DNA from: Stegostoma tigrinum
Taxonomy: Eukaryota
DNA: 64,000 bases
Direction of reading: 5' to 3'
NCBI RefSeq assembly: GCF_030684315.1
Contig: NC_081355.1
Coordinates: 5,880,761-5,944,760, forward strand
Below, piece after piece: positions 53,180 to 64,000 of this stretch. A model generated the notes under the pieces. It was given only the letters and a program-made list of their open reading frames with translations. It was not told the DNA's origin and ran no database searches. A program made the position numbers and the translations under genes. Every line of letters begins with the position of its first letter. Position 1 is the first letter of the stretch.

Positions 53180-54260
53180 ATCACTGGTCACATGCTTACT
53201 GCTGAGTCAAAAATCAAGGAGTCAAATCCCAGTCCAGTGACTTGAGGACATAATCTATGTTGAAATTTCCAGTGCAATACTGAAGGAATACTACACAGTT
53301 AGAGGTGTTGGTTTAAAAAAAATTTTGGTCCCTCAAGTCCAATGTAAGAGATTAGATGGCACCAATCAAAGAAGGACAGTGAGCATCTCCTGGTCAAGAT
53401 TCATCCATCAAACAATGCCCAAATTGACTTCAGAATTGTTATGGTGCAGAAGATTGTAAGGCTCATCACCCTTCAACCAAGCGTCATTACCTAGTGCCAA
53501 TCTCCTGCTTTCTCCCCCATATCCCTGTACACTATTTCTATCCAAATAATCATCCAATGCCCTCTTGAATGTCTCAATTGAACCACCTACACGCCCTAAC
53601 TATTCTGTGTGAAAAAGATTTTTCTCTCATCACCTTTACTTCTTTTGCATATCACTTCCAATTTTGTCCTATTATTCCAGTTCCTTTTTATGAGCAGGAA
53701 CAGCTTCTCCTTTTTTGTTCACTCCAGCTCGCTCATGACTTTGAAAACCTCAATGAGATGTCCTCTTGGCCACGTTTTCTTCAAGGAGAGCAGTCTCAAC
53801 TTCTTCAATCTATCCTCAAAACTAAAGTTTTTCATTCTTGTAAATCACTTCTTCACTCTCTCCAATGACTTTCCTATGATGTGCCCACAACTGTACATTA
53901 CTCCAACTGAGGTTTAACAAGTGTCCTATGATCTTATTATTGATTTCACTGCTGGTAAGCTTGCTGTGCACCAGTTGGCTGCTACATTGCTGGCATTGCA
54001 ATAGTAATGACACTCCAAAAATACTTAGATAATAAAATGTGAGGCTGGATGAACACGGCAGGCCAAGCAGCATCTCAGGAGCAGCTTTTGTGCTCCTGAG
54101 ATGCTGCTGGGCCTGCTGTGTTCATCCAGCCTCACATTTTATTATCTTGGAATCTCCAGCATCTGCAGTTCCCATCATCTCCAAAAATACTTAATTGGCT
54201 TAAAGAGCTTCAGGGCATTCCAAGTTTGTGAAAGACCATATAAACAAAGTCCTTTTCCAT
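53180..54260 (+). mobile_element. DeuSINE split by a CR1 fragment (~53430-53930, -) and a family-A hairpin (54028-54178)
   Basis: 5' and 3' DeuSINE halves are collinear with 33005-33365. Confidence 0.65.
54028..54178. mobile_element. 151-bp fold-back family-A mini-element without hammerhead core
   Basis: ~57-bp stem (54027-54083 / 54091-54147), 7-nt loop; CTCCAAAAATACTTA duplicated at 54013-54027 and 54179-54193. Confidence 0.85.
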
Positions 54261-55848
54261 TTTTCTTTCCTCCATCTGATTTATAAGACTAGGATGTCAG
54301 AACTGAAGTCTGCCATTCAACCCACCAAATCTCTTCTGCTATTTGTGACTGCTTTGATAATCCTCAGCTCCATTTTCCTGCCTTTTTCCCATGTCCCTTG
54401 GTTCCCTTGCTGACAATGTCCATCCCCCCTCAACCTTGAATATGCTGAGCCATGCAGCCTCTATGCCCCACTGTTAAATAGTGTCACAGACTACTGTCTG
54501 AGTGAAGGAAGTTCCATTCATCTCTGTGGACAACTCCTCCTTTCTACCAATTCTACTTGAACCTCCCTCCGTACCCAGGATCAACCTAATGAAGCCTCTA
54601 AATCATTTTTAAACCAGTTCAGATCCTAGTTCACGACATGCTCATTCTGGCTTGCGTTGATTTTTAACATTGTCTATGCTGTAGAATTAGAATCCAGTGT
54701 TCAGAGAGTTGTTGGCCTTTCCTACAATAAGCAGAAAGGAAAATGGCTGTGGCTACTGAAAGTCACTCATCCCACCCTAAGCCTTTGCTGCAAGGGTTCC
54801 AGACACTGGAAAGTAAACTTAGGAAAGTTGTTTGATTCATAATCTTGCCCCCATTTTAGTTTCAGAGTTTAGAGGGCTAACTGATTCCATAGTGCTCCGT
54901 TCCATTTGCAACTCCTGTAGTTATGAAATGTTCTGCGCCTATATGCAGCCAAACTTGTGTGCTATCCGAAGTTGGGTTAATGAATGTTACTTGCCACTTA
55001 AATGCAATGACCATCACATAATAAAACTCCCCTTGACTATACCATTGCTAATCCCTGTGCATCAAAGCTAGTGGGAAACCAGATGCCTAGCTGGACCAAT
55101 TTTAAGTCCGAGACTAGGAATTTGGTGTTAAGTAACAGCTCCTGAGTCCTCAGAGTTTGTCCACTGTCTGCACTGATCAATTCAGTAGTGTGATGGAATA
55201 TTCTGCACATGTGTGAGCGCAATTCCGGCACCTCTTGTGAAGCTCAGCCTCATCAGAGATGAAGTCACCAGCTTGATCAGCACACATTGCCCATTGTAAC
55301 TTGTCGTTTCCCAGCATATGTATGCTGTCAGCAAGATTGACGCTGCAACAACTCGCCAAAGCTTCAACAGTACCTCTCAAACCCAGGATCTCTACTGCCT
55401 GCTGGGATAAAGACAACACAACCATCTCCAGCTTTGCCTCTAAATCTCACATCAACTTGTGCTTTATTGCTATTCCTTTTCACTGAAACACAATCCTGAA
55501 GCTCCCTGTCTAAAAATACAGACAGTTTCCCATCACCACATGACTGCAGCAGTTCAGGGAGGCCATTCACCACTACATTCTCAAGGGCAACTGAAATGAA
55601 TTATTAAAGTTGACAATGACACATTCCGTGAATTAATTTTTTAAAATGTCAGTGAATGACCATGATTTTGGATGATGTGATTTGAGATGGGCAAAGCAAG
55701 GTGAGGTATGTCTAAGAATAGCTGACCATTAAACTGCTTATGATGGGTTTAATTAAGCATATTATAACTAACTGTATATACTGTAAAATTATATACTGTA
55801 AAAGCTCTAATTATAAAATTTTGCTCAATATGCCTGTTTTGTTTTCAG

Positions 55849-55924
55849 GATGTTATCACCTGCATTTCATCAAGCACTGCTCTCTTTTTGCCGCATGGCA
55901 ACTGACAGTCGCTTGGGGGCAGAG
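55849..55924 (+). CDS. RELCH: RELCH exon 9 (MLSPAFHQALLSFCRMATDSRLGAE)
   Basis: Recognised peptide; ttttcag| and |gtaaac; 76 nt. Confidence 0.95.
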
Positions 55925-56309
55925 GTAAACTCTTGGTTCAAAATTTGCACGTATAAATAGATCCAAAGTGTATTCTCTGTGATCTTTAGAATGAGATTCC
56001 TGTTTAATATGTTGAATACTGGTGTGTAGTTGTCATGTGAATCTGAGTTTATGCAGGTTTCTGCTTGAGACTGTTCTGTATCATTTCACTCCTTCTTCTG
56101 TTCATTTGTCAGTCCAGAACTGGATGATGGATGCAAAGTACCTCTGATTTTTCCTTTATCAAGAGTTAATGATTTTATGGTAGCTTTAAGTTAGATATCA
56201 CTACATTTGATGCAGCTACAAGAAAAATGCATTATCCCTTGAAAGGTGGTAATTTCAAACCTGTGTACATAGTGAATACTTGCATGCAAGGTAGTTCTGG
56301 CTTCTACTC

Positions 56310-56635
56310 CTGGTGGTTAGCACTGCTGCCTCACAGCATCAGGGACCTGGGTTTTTTTCCAGGCTTGGGCAACTTGTCTGTGTGGAGTTTGCACATTCTC
56401 CCTGTTGCTGAATGGGTTTCCTCTCAGTGCTCTGGTTTACCTGCAAAAATCCAGATATGTGGAGTTTAGGTGGATTGGCTATACTGAATTGCACGGTAGT
56501 GTCAGGGATGTGCTGGCTTGGTGGATTAGCCATGGGAAGTGTGGGTTTACAGGAATAAGGTGGGTCGCTCTTTGGAGGGTTGTTGCAGACTGGATGAGCC
56601 TAATTACCTCCTTCCACACTGGAGGGATTCTGTGT
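56310..56635 (+). mobile_element. V-SINE (HE1-like) copy
   Basis: tggttagcactgctgcctcacagc head; gtgtggagtttgcacattctccc V-domain. Confidence 0.78.
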
Positions 56636-57318
56636 GCTTCTTTTAAGCTTTCCAATTATTCAAACAAGTGAACTCTCAGAATTTTGGTGACTGCTCACAC
56701 ATGGTCAGAAGGCGCAACACTGAAGAGGTCATTTCTAATCTTACTTGCATGTTTATTCCCATTTTTTAAAAGCAAAGTATAAGCAAGAAGGATAGGTACA
56801 TGTCCTGGAAGCTTTTACACAGTACTCTCCCAAGGGGAAGGTGTGTTCTTGTCCTTGTCTATCATATATCTTTGTGAAAGTGATGAACTGGAGTTGAGAA
56901 CGCTACCATTGGATGACAAGGTAGCTTCCAAATCAGGACAGAGAGCATCGAAGGATGGATGAAAGCACCAATAATTGGGGGAAATGCTACTTGTGAAACT
57001 GAGGGGACATTGGAAATGTTAAACTAGCTATTAAGACAGGAGGAGCCCTTGCACTTGCACCAGAGTAATGGATAAATATTCTGAAAGGTCCATGGGTACT
57101 TTGTGGAAAAGGTAATTCCACAGTTGTCAAAGGGTGTGATATGAAGTTGGTTAGTTTTTGATACTGAGCTGGTGACACCATCATTTCAGATAATTTGAGA
57201 GTGTGGACATTTGCTTTTATTTTCAATTTTATTTTGCCAATTTGCAATGAAAGTACAATTTTAAATGACAGAGCTGTGCAAATAGCTGCATAAATAAAGT
57301 TTGTTTCCCCCTCTCCAG

Positions 57319-57414
57319 GTTTCTCGAATCGCAGATAGTGAGCAGTGTGTAATGCTGATGTTGGGACGATGTCTACCACACATAGTACCGAATGTACTGC
57401 TAGCAAAACGAGAA
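57319..57414 (+). CDS. RELCH: RELCH exon 10 (VSRIADSEQCVMLMLGRCLPHIVPNVLLAKRE)
   Basis: Conserved LPHIVPNVLLAKRE; ctccag| and |gtaagt; 96 nt. Confidence 0.96.
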
Positions 57415-57571
57415 GTAAGTGGAAAAACGTTATTTCGTGATAAGTGCAGCTTCAAAGACTTTTAATCATTCTATCATTTTGTTTCTTACAATTTCAATCT
57501 CACTACTCCTGTTGTGTATTCTAGAGCAAGTTTGTAATATACTTACTGTGTACTTACATTTCTGATCCTAG

Positions 57572-57595
57572 AAAATGGTTACACATCTCTGTCAG
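57572..57595 (+). CDS. RELCH: Candidate RELCH 24-nt micro-exon (KMVTHLCQ)
   Basis: cctag|AAAATGGTTACACATCTCTGTCAG|gtgagt; phase 0-0, no stop. Confidence 0.65.
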
Positions 57596-57979
57596 GTGAG
57601 TTAAGAAGACCTCAAGGTATCCAAAAGGCTTTCTCCATTATTGTCGCTACAGTCTTTGTATTTTTTGCTGCAGCTTTTATAAATTAAAAGGCTCAGGTTA
57701 ATCTGTTTAATACGTATTAATATCCTAATGGTCATTTCACCAAGTGTTTTCGCCTTTTTAGTGAATAGACTTTTTTAACTCCTAAAACTCTAACTTCTAG
57801 TGTGAAGCTTATCCCATTTACTGTTTAAATTTTGCCGAGAGAAAACTAATGCAAATGGTGTCAACCTTGCATCATTTACAATGTGGATTTTGATTGGTTA
57901 TTTCAAAAAATTTCACTGAAATTGTAGAACGGTTTTGAGAGCAAAACAGTTATAGCATAGTGTTTTGTTGTAGGTATTT

Positions 57980-58300
57980 TTTATTCACTCACAGGATGTG
58001 GCTGACTCTGGCTAGGCCAGCATTTATTGCCCATCCTGAATTGCCTAGAGGGTAGTTAGGAGTCAACCAACATCGCTTCTTGAGTCATATGTAGGCCAGA
58101 CCAGCTAAGGATGATAGCTTTCCTTCCCAAAAGGGCATTAGTAATGTGTTTTTTTGACAATTGGCAATGGTTTCATCTCATCATTACACTCTTAATTCAA
58201 GATTAATTATTGAATTCAGGATTTGAACCCCGGCCCCCGTAATCTTGACTGTTAATTCATATACTCACCTAAGTGATAATACCTCTCTGGGCCATTGCCT
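57980..58300 (-). mobile_element. tRNA-derived SINE (29135 family)
   Basis: Reverse-complement similarity incl. catttattgcccatcc and ggatttgaaccc. Confidence 0.62.
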
Positions 58301-59325
58301 CCGCTATTGCTAAAATTTAACTTAGTTTTCTTGATTTCAACTTGTATTTCTGTGCTCCTTCCTCGTCCAGCTCCCATCACTTTCTCTGTAGCCTTGCTAC
58401 CAATTACACCTCCCTTTCTGGGACTCCTCGACCATGGAAAGATAATCTCAGTGACCTGTTACCACAAACTGAGTTTCTGACGCCAATATCCTCCTTCCAC
58501 CTTCACAACATTGTCCAACGCAGCTTCTAAAATCTTAATTTCTTGAACTCCTTGGGATTTTTCAGGATGAGGGTATCAAGTTTGGAGTGAGGAAGGATCG
58601 AGGATCTGATTAGTGAGTTGAGGAAAGATGTCAAGGCTAGTTTTGTACTCAGGATTACAGTTTACCTCAATGTATTCCAATTAGAGTCAAGGCAAACCCA
58701 TGCTGGTGCATACCCTGAAATTGTTAGCATGTTGCTAGTGGACAGAACTGTTGATTTCTCCACTACATCGTGTGGAGTCCTGAACCTTGTGTTTCGAAGC
58801 ATGTTTCTTCTGTATCTAGTCTTTTTTGTTTTATTTGTTCAGTCGGTTGCAAAAAATTTGGGCAAGAAGCCTTTCATCTAATGAAGGTGGAATAGGGTTG
58901 CTTTTCAGTTTTCCCGGGAATTAGTGTTAACACTAATAAACAACTTTTCAACAAATGTTCCCCACGTGCACCATACTCTATTAAGATGCGCACCATACTT
59001 TATTAAGGTACGCACTGAAAACAAAGTAACATTGGCACATGCAAGTCATGGTGCAGGATGTATGTGGTATAGTGACAGCAGCAACCAATCCTAATGTCTC
59101 AAGATAACTAGGAGGCTAAACAGATTCCGGAAAGAATGAAGCAACCTCAGACAACAAATGAATGTTTTGCCTCCGTTCATGGGGAATAATTCTACAGCAG
59201 GAATGAAAGCATTCAAGATGAGAATGTGGAGCAGTTAGCCGGCCAGGCATAGTCAAAAGCGTGGCAATAAAGGGGAGGGGGAGGAAAGACAGCAAGATCC
59301 CATGAGCAGCTGTGTGATAATGTGT

Positions 59326-59393
59326 TTTGAATGATATGGTTTTTCTTTGAATGATATGATTTTTCTTTGAATGATATGATTTTTCTTTGAATG
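59326..59393. repeat. 20-bp tandem repeat, ~3.4 copies (TTTGAATGATATGATTTTTC)
   Basis: Directly visible. Confidence 0.9.
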
Positions 59394-59789
59394 GCTTTGT
59401 TTATTTTCTAATCAACTCATTCAGATTTTATTTTACACCTCTGGAGCAGATGGGATTTGACCCAAGGCCTCTTGGCTCAGAGGCAGGGACAATACCACTG
59501 CAGCAGAAGACCCTTACCATCATGGTAGTGGTAAAGTGAAAAGGGCATTGGACTTGGGTGATGTGCCTTATAGCTTGCTGAGGATTGAGTAAGAAATTGG
59601 AGAGGATATTAACCGCAATGTGTTCAGATATGGAAGTTGCACCACATGACAGGATGGTAACATGTACAGTATAAAGCGATAAAACAAGTAATAATAGGCT
59701 TACTAGCCTGACACCAGTAGTGTCAAATCTTTGAAACTAATCTGTATGGTTAAAAAATAATTTTTGTATAGAAAGAACTAAATGAATTA

Positions 59790-60150
59790 TGATCTGATAC
59801 TACAAGGGTATCAGGGAGGGTGTTCCTGATGCTGGGCGTGTCCAAAACCAGAGATCATTGTATGACAATTAGGGGTAGACGATTTAGGACAGAGATGAGG
59901 AGACATTTCTTCATCCAAAGGGTGGTGAGCCTATGGAATTCATGACCACAGGAAGTAATTGATGCCAAGACATTTAATGTATTCAAGAGGTGACTAGATA
60001 TAGTACTTGGGGTGAATGGGATCAAAGGTTATGGGGAGAAAGCAGGATTAGGCTATTGAGTTGGACAATCAGCTGTGATTGTAAAGAATGGCAGCACAGG
60101 CACAAAGGGCCAAATGGCCTCCTCCTGCTTCTACCGTCAATGTTTTCTAT
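59790..60150 (+). mobile_element. CR1 3' fragment nested in an older CR1 remnant (~59690-60500)
   Basis: gatgaggagacatttcttcatccaaagggtggtg; gggccaaatggcctcctcctgc 3' end. Confidence 0.65.
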
Positions 60151-61313
60151 TTGTTAAACACTAAGCTGAGCCTGGCAATCTGTTTAGTGTACTTTGAGAA
60201 AATAATGCATTGGATTGTTAAATGGTAAGCAATAGGCATCTATCCACAAAGGCATTTTCAAAAGGCATTTGATATTTTGCCAGATGAGAGCTTTGTTAAT
60301 GAAATTCAAGTATTTGATTTAAAAGGAAATGTTGCAGCCTGGAAAGGAAGTTGAAAAAGGAAACATATTGTTGGTTAATAGATTTTATTTTTGAACAGAA
60401 GAATTGTGGCAATGAAGTCCAGCAGCAGCCCATTGCTTTTATTAATTATGTAAATGATCTGTGATTACAAGGTTGCATTGGAAATTGTAGACGACATAAA
60501 AGGAGCATTGGGATTAACAGAAGTGGACAGTAAAGTGTTTGTAGACTAGACCAGATAGGGTCAGGTTTAATGTGGGAAATTGAGAGCTGATTTGCTTTTG
60601 GTTGAGTGGGTGGTGACAAATGCATAAGTGAATTATGTGCCAAATTGTAAACCCTTGAGCAGAGAAATTTTGCAACAAACTGAATAATGCTCAAATTGGA
60701 ATTATTACAGTGTGCACAATTGGCCTTGACTGTGCTGTGGTCACGTAGGTTTGTTGGCAGGAGCTCGTACCATAAATTGCTTGTATCAAACAAGCTGAGT
60801 TCCACCATAGTTAAGTCAGCACTCTGCTCCTGCCAATGGTTTTAAGTACTTTGCAAATGCAGCAGTTTAGTCAGTTCCTGATGTTTGTGTTAATTACCTG
60901 AAAGACTTGTGTGATATCATGAATTCACAAAAAGAATGACTGCATCTCATCAACCCCACCATGAGCACAATAAATACCAGAAATTCACGTGACTAAGTGT
61001 CAGTATGGATTGCTGAGCAAAGCTGGCATTGCCTGGTTGACAGACCCAATAGGTTTTGGCCACACTCTGTAGTAAATGCCTTGATTTAATTTCTACAGCA
61101 AGTCTGCCAAAGGTGTTGTTTTATAAGGCACAAGTGCTTTGATCTGCACTTTGTGTAATATATTTCTTCTTCTGGAATATCTTGTTCTATTTGAACTCAT
61201 TTTCAAGCCTAATTCTATTAGAATTCTTGTGGGTGTTTCAGTCTTTTGCAATCCCTCTTTGAGGTTTGAGGTGCATGGTGACACATTAGATACTATTTCA
61301 AAATAACCTATGT

Positions 61314-62440
61314 ACAAAGTGTGAAGCTGGATGAACACAGCAGGCCAAGCAACATCTCAGAAGCACAAAAGCTGACGTTTCAGGCCTGGACCCTCCTTCA
61401 GAGAGGGGGATGGGGAGAAGAAACTGGAATAAATACAGAGAGAGGGGGAGGTGGACCGAAGATGGAGAGAAAAGAAGATAGGAGGAGAGGAGAGTATAGG
61501 TGGGGAGGGAATAGGTCAGTCCAAGGAAGACGGACAGGTCAAGGAGGCGGGATGAGGTGGTAGGTAGGAAATGGAGGTGCGGCTTGAGCTGGGAGGAAGG
61601 GATGGGTGAGAGGAAGAACAGGTTAGGGAAGCAGAGACAGGCTGGGCAGGTTTTGGGATGTAGTGGGTGAGGGAGGGGACGAGCTGGGCTGGTTTTGGGA
61701 TGCAGTAGGGGGAGGGGAGATTTTGAAGCTTGTGAAGTCCGCGTTGATACCATTGGGCTGCAGGGTTCCCAAGCGGTTCCTGCACCCATCGGATGGCATC
61801 ATTGCAGGGCACCTCCCAATTGCGAACCATTTCAACTCCCCCCTCCCATTCCTCAGACGACATGTCCATCATGGGCCTCCTGCAGTGCCACAATGATGCC
61901 ACCCGAAGGTTGCAGGAACCGCTTGGGAACCCTGCAGCCCAATGGTATCAATGTGGACTTCACAAGCTTCAAAATCTGCTCCCCCCCGCCGCGTCACAAA
62001 ACCAGCCCAGCTCGTCCCCTCCCCCCAACTACATCCCAAAACCAGTCCAGCCTGTCTCTGCTTCCCTAACCTGTTCTTCCTCTCACCCATCCCTTCCTCC
62101 CACCTCAAGCTGCACCTCCATTTCCTACCTACCACCTCATCCTGCCTCCTTGACCTGTCCGTCTTCCCTGGACTGACCTATCCCCTCCCTACCTCCCCAC
62201 CTATACTCTCCTCTCTACCTATCTTCTTTTCTCTCCATCTTCGGTCCGCCTCCCCCCCCCCCCCCCCCCGTCCCTCCCTATTTATTCCAGTTCCCTCTCC
62301 CCATCCCCCTCTCTGATGAAGGGTCCAGGCCCGAAATGTCAGCTTTTGTGCTCCTGAGATGCTGCTTGGCCTGCTGTGTTCATCCAGCTCCACACTTTGT
62401 TATCTTGGATTCTCCAGCATCTGCAGTCCCCATTATCACT
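61314..62440. mobile_element. Large fold-back Penelope-like family-A element; hammerhead cores at 61371-61401 (-) and 62313-62343 (+)
   Basis: ~490-bp inverted arms, both encoding RLGTLQPNGIN(A/V)DFTSFK; 3' tail only on the right arm. Confidence 0.88.
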
Positions 62441-63260
62441 AAGGCAGTCCTCCAAATGGGAGAATGTTGAGATGGGTGAAGGAAGTGAGATCTTCAAGTG
62501 CATGTCCACAGGTCCCTGAAGGTGGCAGGATACAGTGATGAAGACGGTCTGTGGGATGCTTTCCTTCATTAGGCAAGTTATTGAATACAAGAGCAGGGAT
62601 GTAATTCTGAAACCATACGAGGCACTGGTTAGGCCACTGTTGACATTTTGTGTACAGTTCTACTTATGACAATACAGGAAGGGTGTAAGTGTTGCGGAGA
62701 GTATACTGAGGAAATTTACAGCAATATTGCTGGAGCTTAAAAAATTAGGAAAGATTAGCTGATGACGGGCCAAGGCCCAAAACGTCAGCTTTTGTGCTCC
62801 TAAGATGCTGCTTGACCTGCTGTGTTCATCCAGCTCCACACTTTGTTATCTAAGATTAGGCTGGGGTTGTTTCCTGAGAACAGTGGAGGCTGAAGCATAC
62901 TTAATTGAGGTGTAGAAAACCATGAAGGGCTTGAATAGAGTGGACTGGGAGACCAGTTGCCTCTAGCAAAGTGATAAATTACCTGGGGGCACCGATTTTA
63001 AGATTACGGTTGAAGGATTAGAGAGACTGTGAGAAAAACCTTGTTGACCAAGAGTGTAACCTAGAATTCACTGCCAGTTCAGTGGCTGAGGTGGAAACCC
63101 TCAACCCATTTAAAGGAGCCTGGATCTGCACCTGAAATGGTGCAGCCTGCTACAGGCGTACTGGAAGGTAGGGTTAGAAAGGATGGCTATTTTATTCAGC
63201 CAGCACAGGCATGATGGGATGAGTGGCCTGTTTCTGTACTGTAACCTTTCAGTGGTCCTA
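62441..63260 (+). mobile_element. Old CR1 3' fragment with nested family-A mini-element (62759-62851)
   Basis: Degenerate CR1 ORF2 C-terminus; insert flanked by AAGATTAG (62751-62758, 62852-62859). Confidence 0.7.
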
Positions 63261-63699
63261 AATAGATGATGACCTGGTGCTTGAAGGATACATGTCAGGT
63301 GGAAGATGAGGGCAAGGAATATCCAAATCATGGTAAATTCATTCCAATCTGCTTGATTCAGCGCTGATGCGAGTAATTACTATTCTAATATTTACCAGTA
63401 GATGGCATCTATATTAATTGTTTTGGCTGGTGTTTACATATGCTTCACCCACTGTGAATAAAACCCATAAATCCTTGTTATTGTGGTAACTGCCATTACT
63501 ACATAATACCTAAAAGCTCAAGTCATCACCAGATCTCTCTAACACACAAAGCAGATCTCATTGGTACAGAAAACTGAGTTAGTGACTTTGATTAAAAAAT
63601 GTAGATATTTCTGTTAGAGAAGTAATCCTCAGTTGCAGAATGTTGAGTGCTATTGACAGTGTGGTGCAAGTTGTCAGACATCTGTCGGCTGATTTTAAT

Positions 63700-63930
63700 G
63701 AAGGACATGCATCATTCAAGTCGGGTGTCCTAGACCAATGCAGACAATCCAGATATGACTTCTATAAAGCCAATAGCGAGGCCAAGAAGTAATACCGGAT
63801 GATGCTAGAGGCCCAGACCTACCAAACGGACTCCTGCCATCTATGGCAAGGCTTAAATAACATTACAGGTTACAAAATGTAACAGTGTAAGATAGCAGGC
63901 AATGACACACCACTTCCCTAACATGCTCAA
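63700..63930 (+). mobile_element. Rex1/Babar-like LINE fragment
   Basis: Translates to SRYDFYKANSEAK...LWQGLNNITGYK, resembling Rex1/Babar ORF2. Confidence 0.5.
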
Positions 63931-64000
63931 TAAATCAATCAAATGGTGATGTTAATTTACATTGTCTTCATAGCTGATCAGGATGTTGGTGAATGGATAA

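Noticed and set aside
58966-59010. 22-bp imperfect tandem duplication (similar ones at ~8732-8760 and ~55772-55802)
   Set aside because: Ordinary slippage duplications with no sign of function
59326-59393. Repeat array as CRISPR-like
   Set aside because: Head-to-tail 20-mers with no spacers, in a vertebrate intron
57600-64000. Next RELCH exon (expected ELIPLILC-like peptide)
   Set aside because: Not found by eye; probably beyond the window

Overview
Vertebrate genomic DNA, probably from a cartilaginous fish (inferred from V-SINE/HE1-like, DeuSINE/SacSINE1-like and CR1 repeat content). The window holds a head-to-head gene pair sharing a CpG-rich promoter (~18.2-19.3 kb). PIGN (GPI ethanolamine-phosphate transferase 1) is on the minus strand, with six coding exons from 16585 to 853, and continues off the left end. 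RELCH/KIAA1468 (RAB11-binding LisH/coiled-coil/HEAT protein) is on the plus strand, with ten clear coding exons from 18830 to 57414 plus a candidate 24-nt micro-exon, and continues off the right end. Introns are filled with CR1/L2-type LINE remnants, tRNA-derived SINEs and many Penelope-like (GIY-YIG) remnants. Most notable: (i) many short fold-back Penelope-derived elements of three families carrying minimal hammerhead-ribozyme cores, several with 8-18 bp target-site duplications and a one-sided ~35-nt tail; (ii) two closely related ~1.5 kb CR1 copies in inverted orientation bracketing RELCH exons 3-6, a layout that favours circRNA formation; (iii) candidate micro-exon, tandem-acceptor and poison-exon splicing features. 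All calls were made by eye without alignment tools, and repeat boundaries are approximate.
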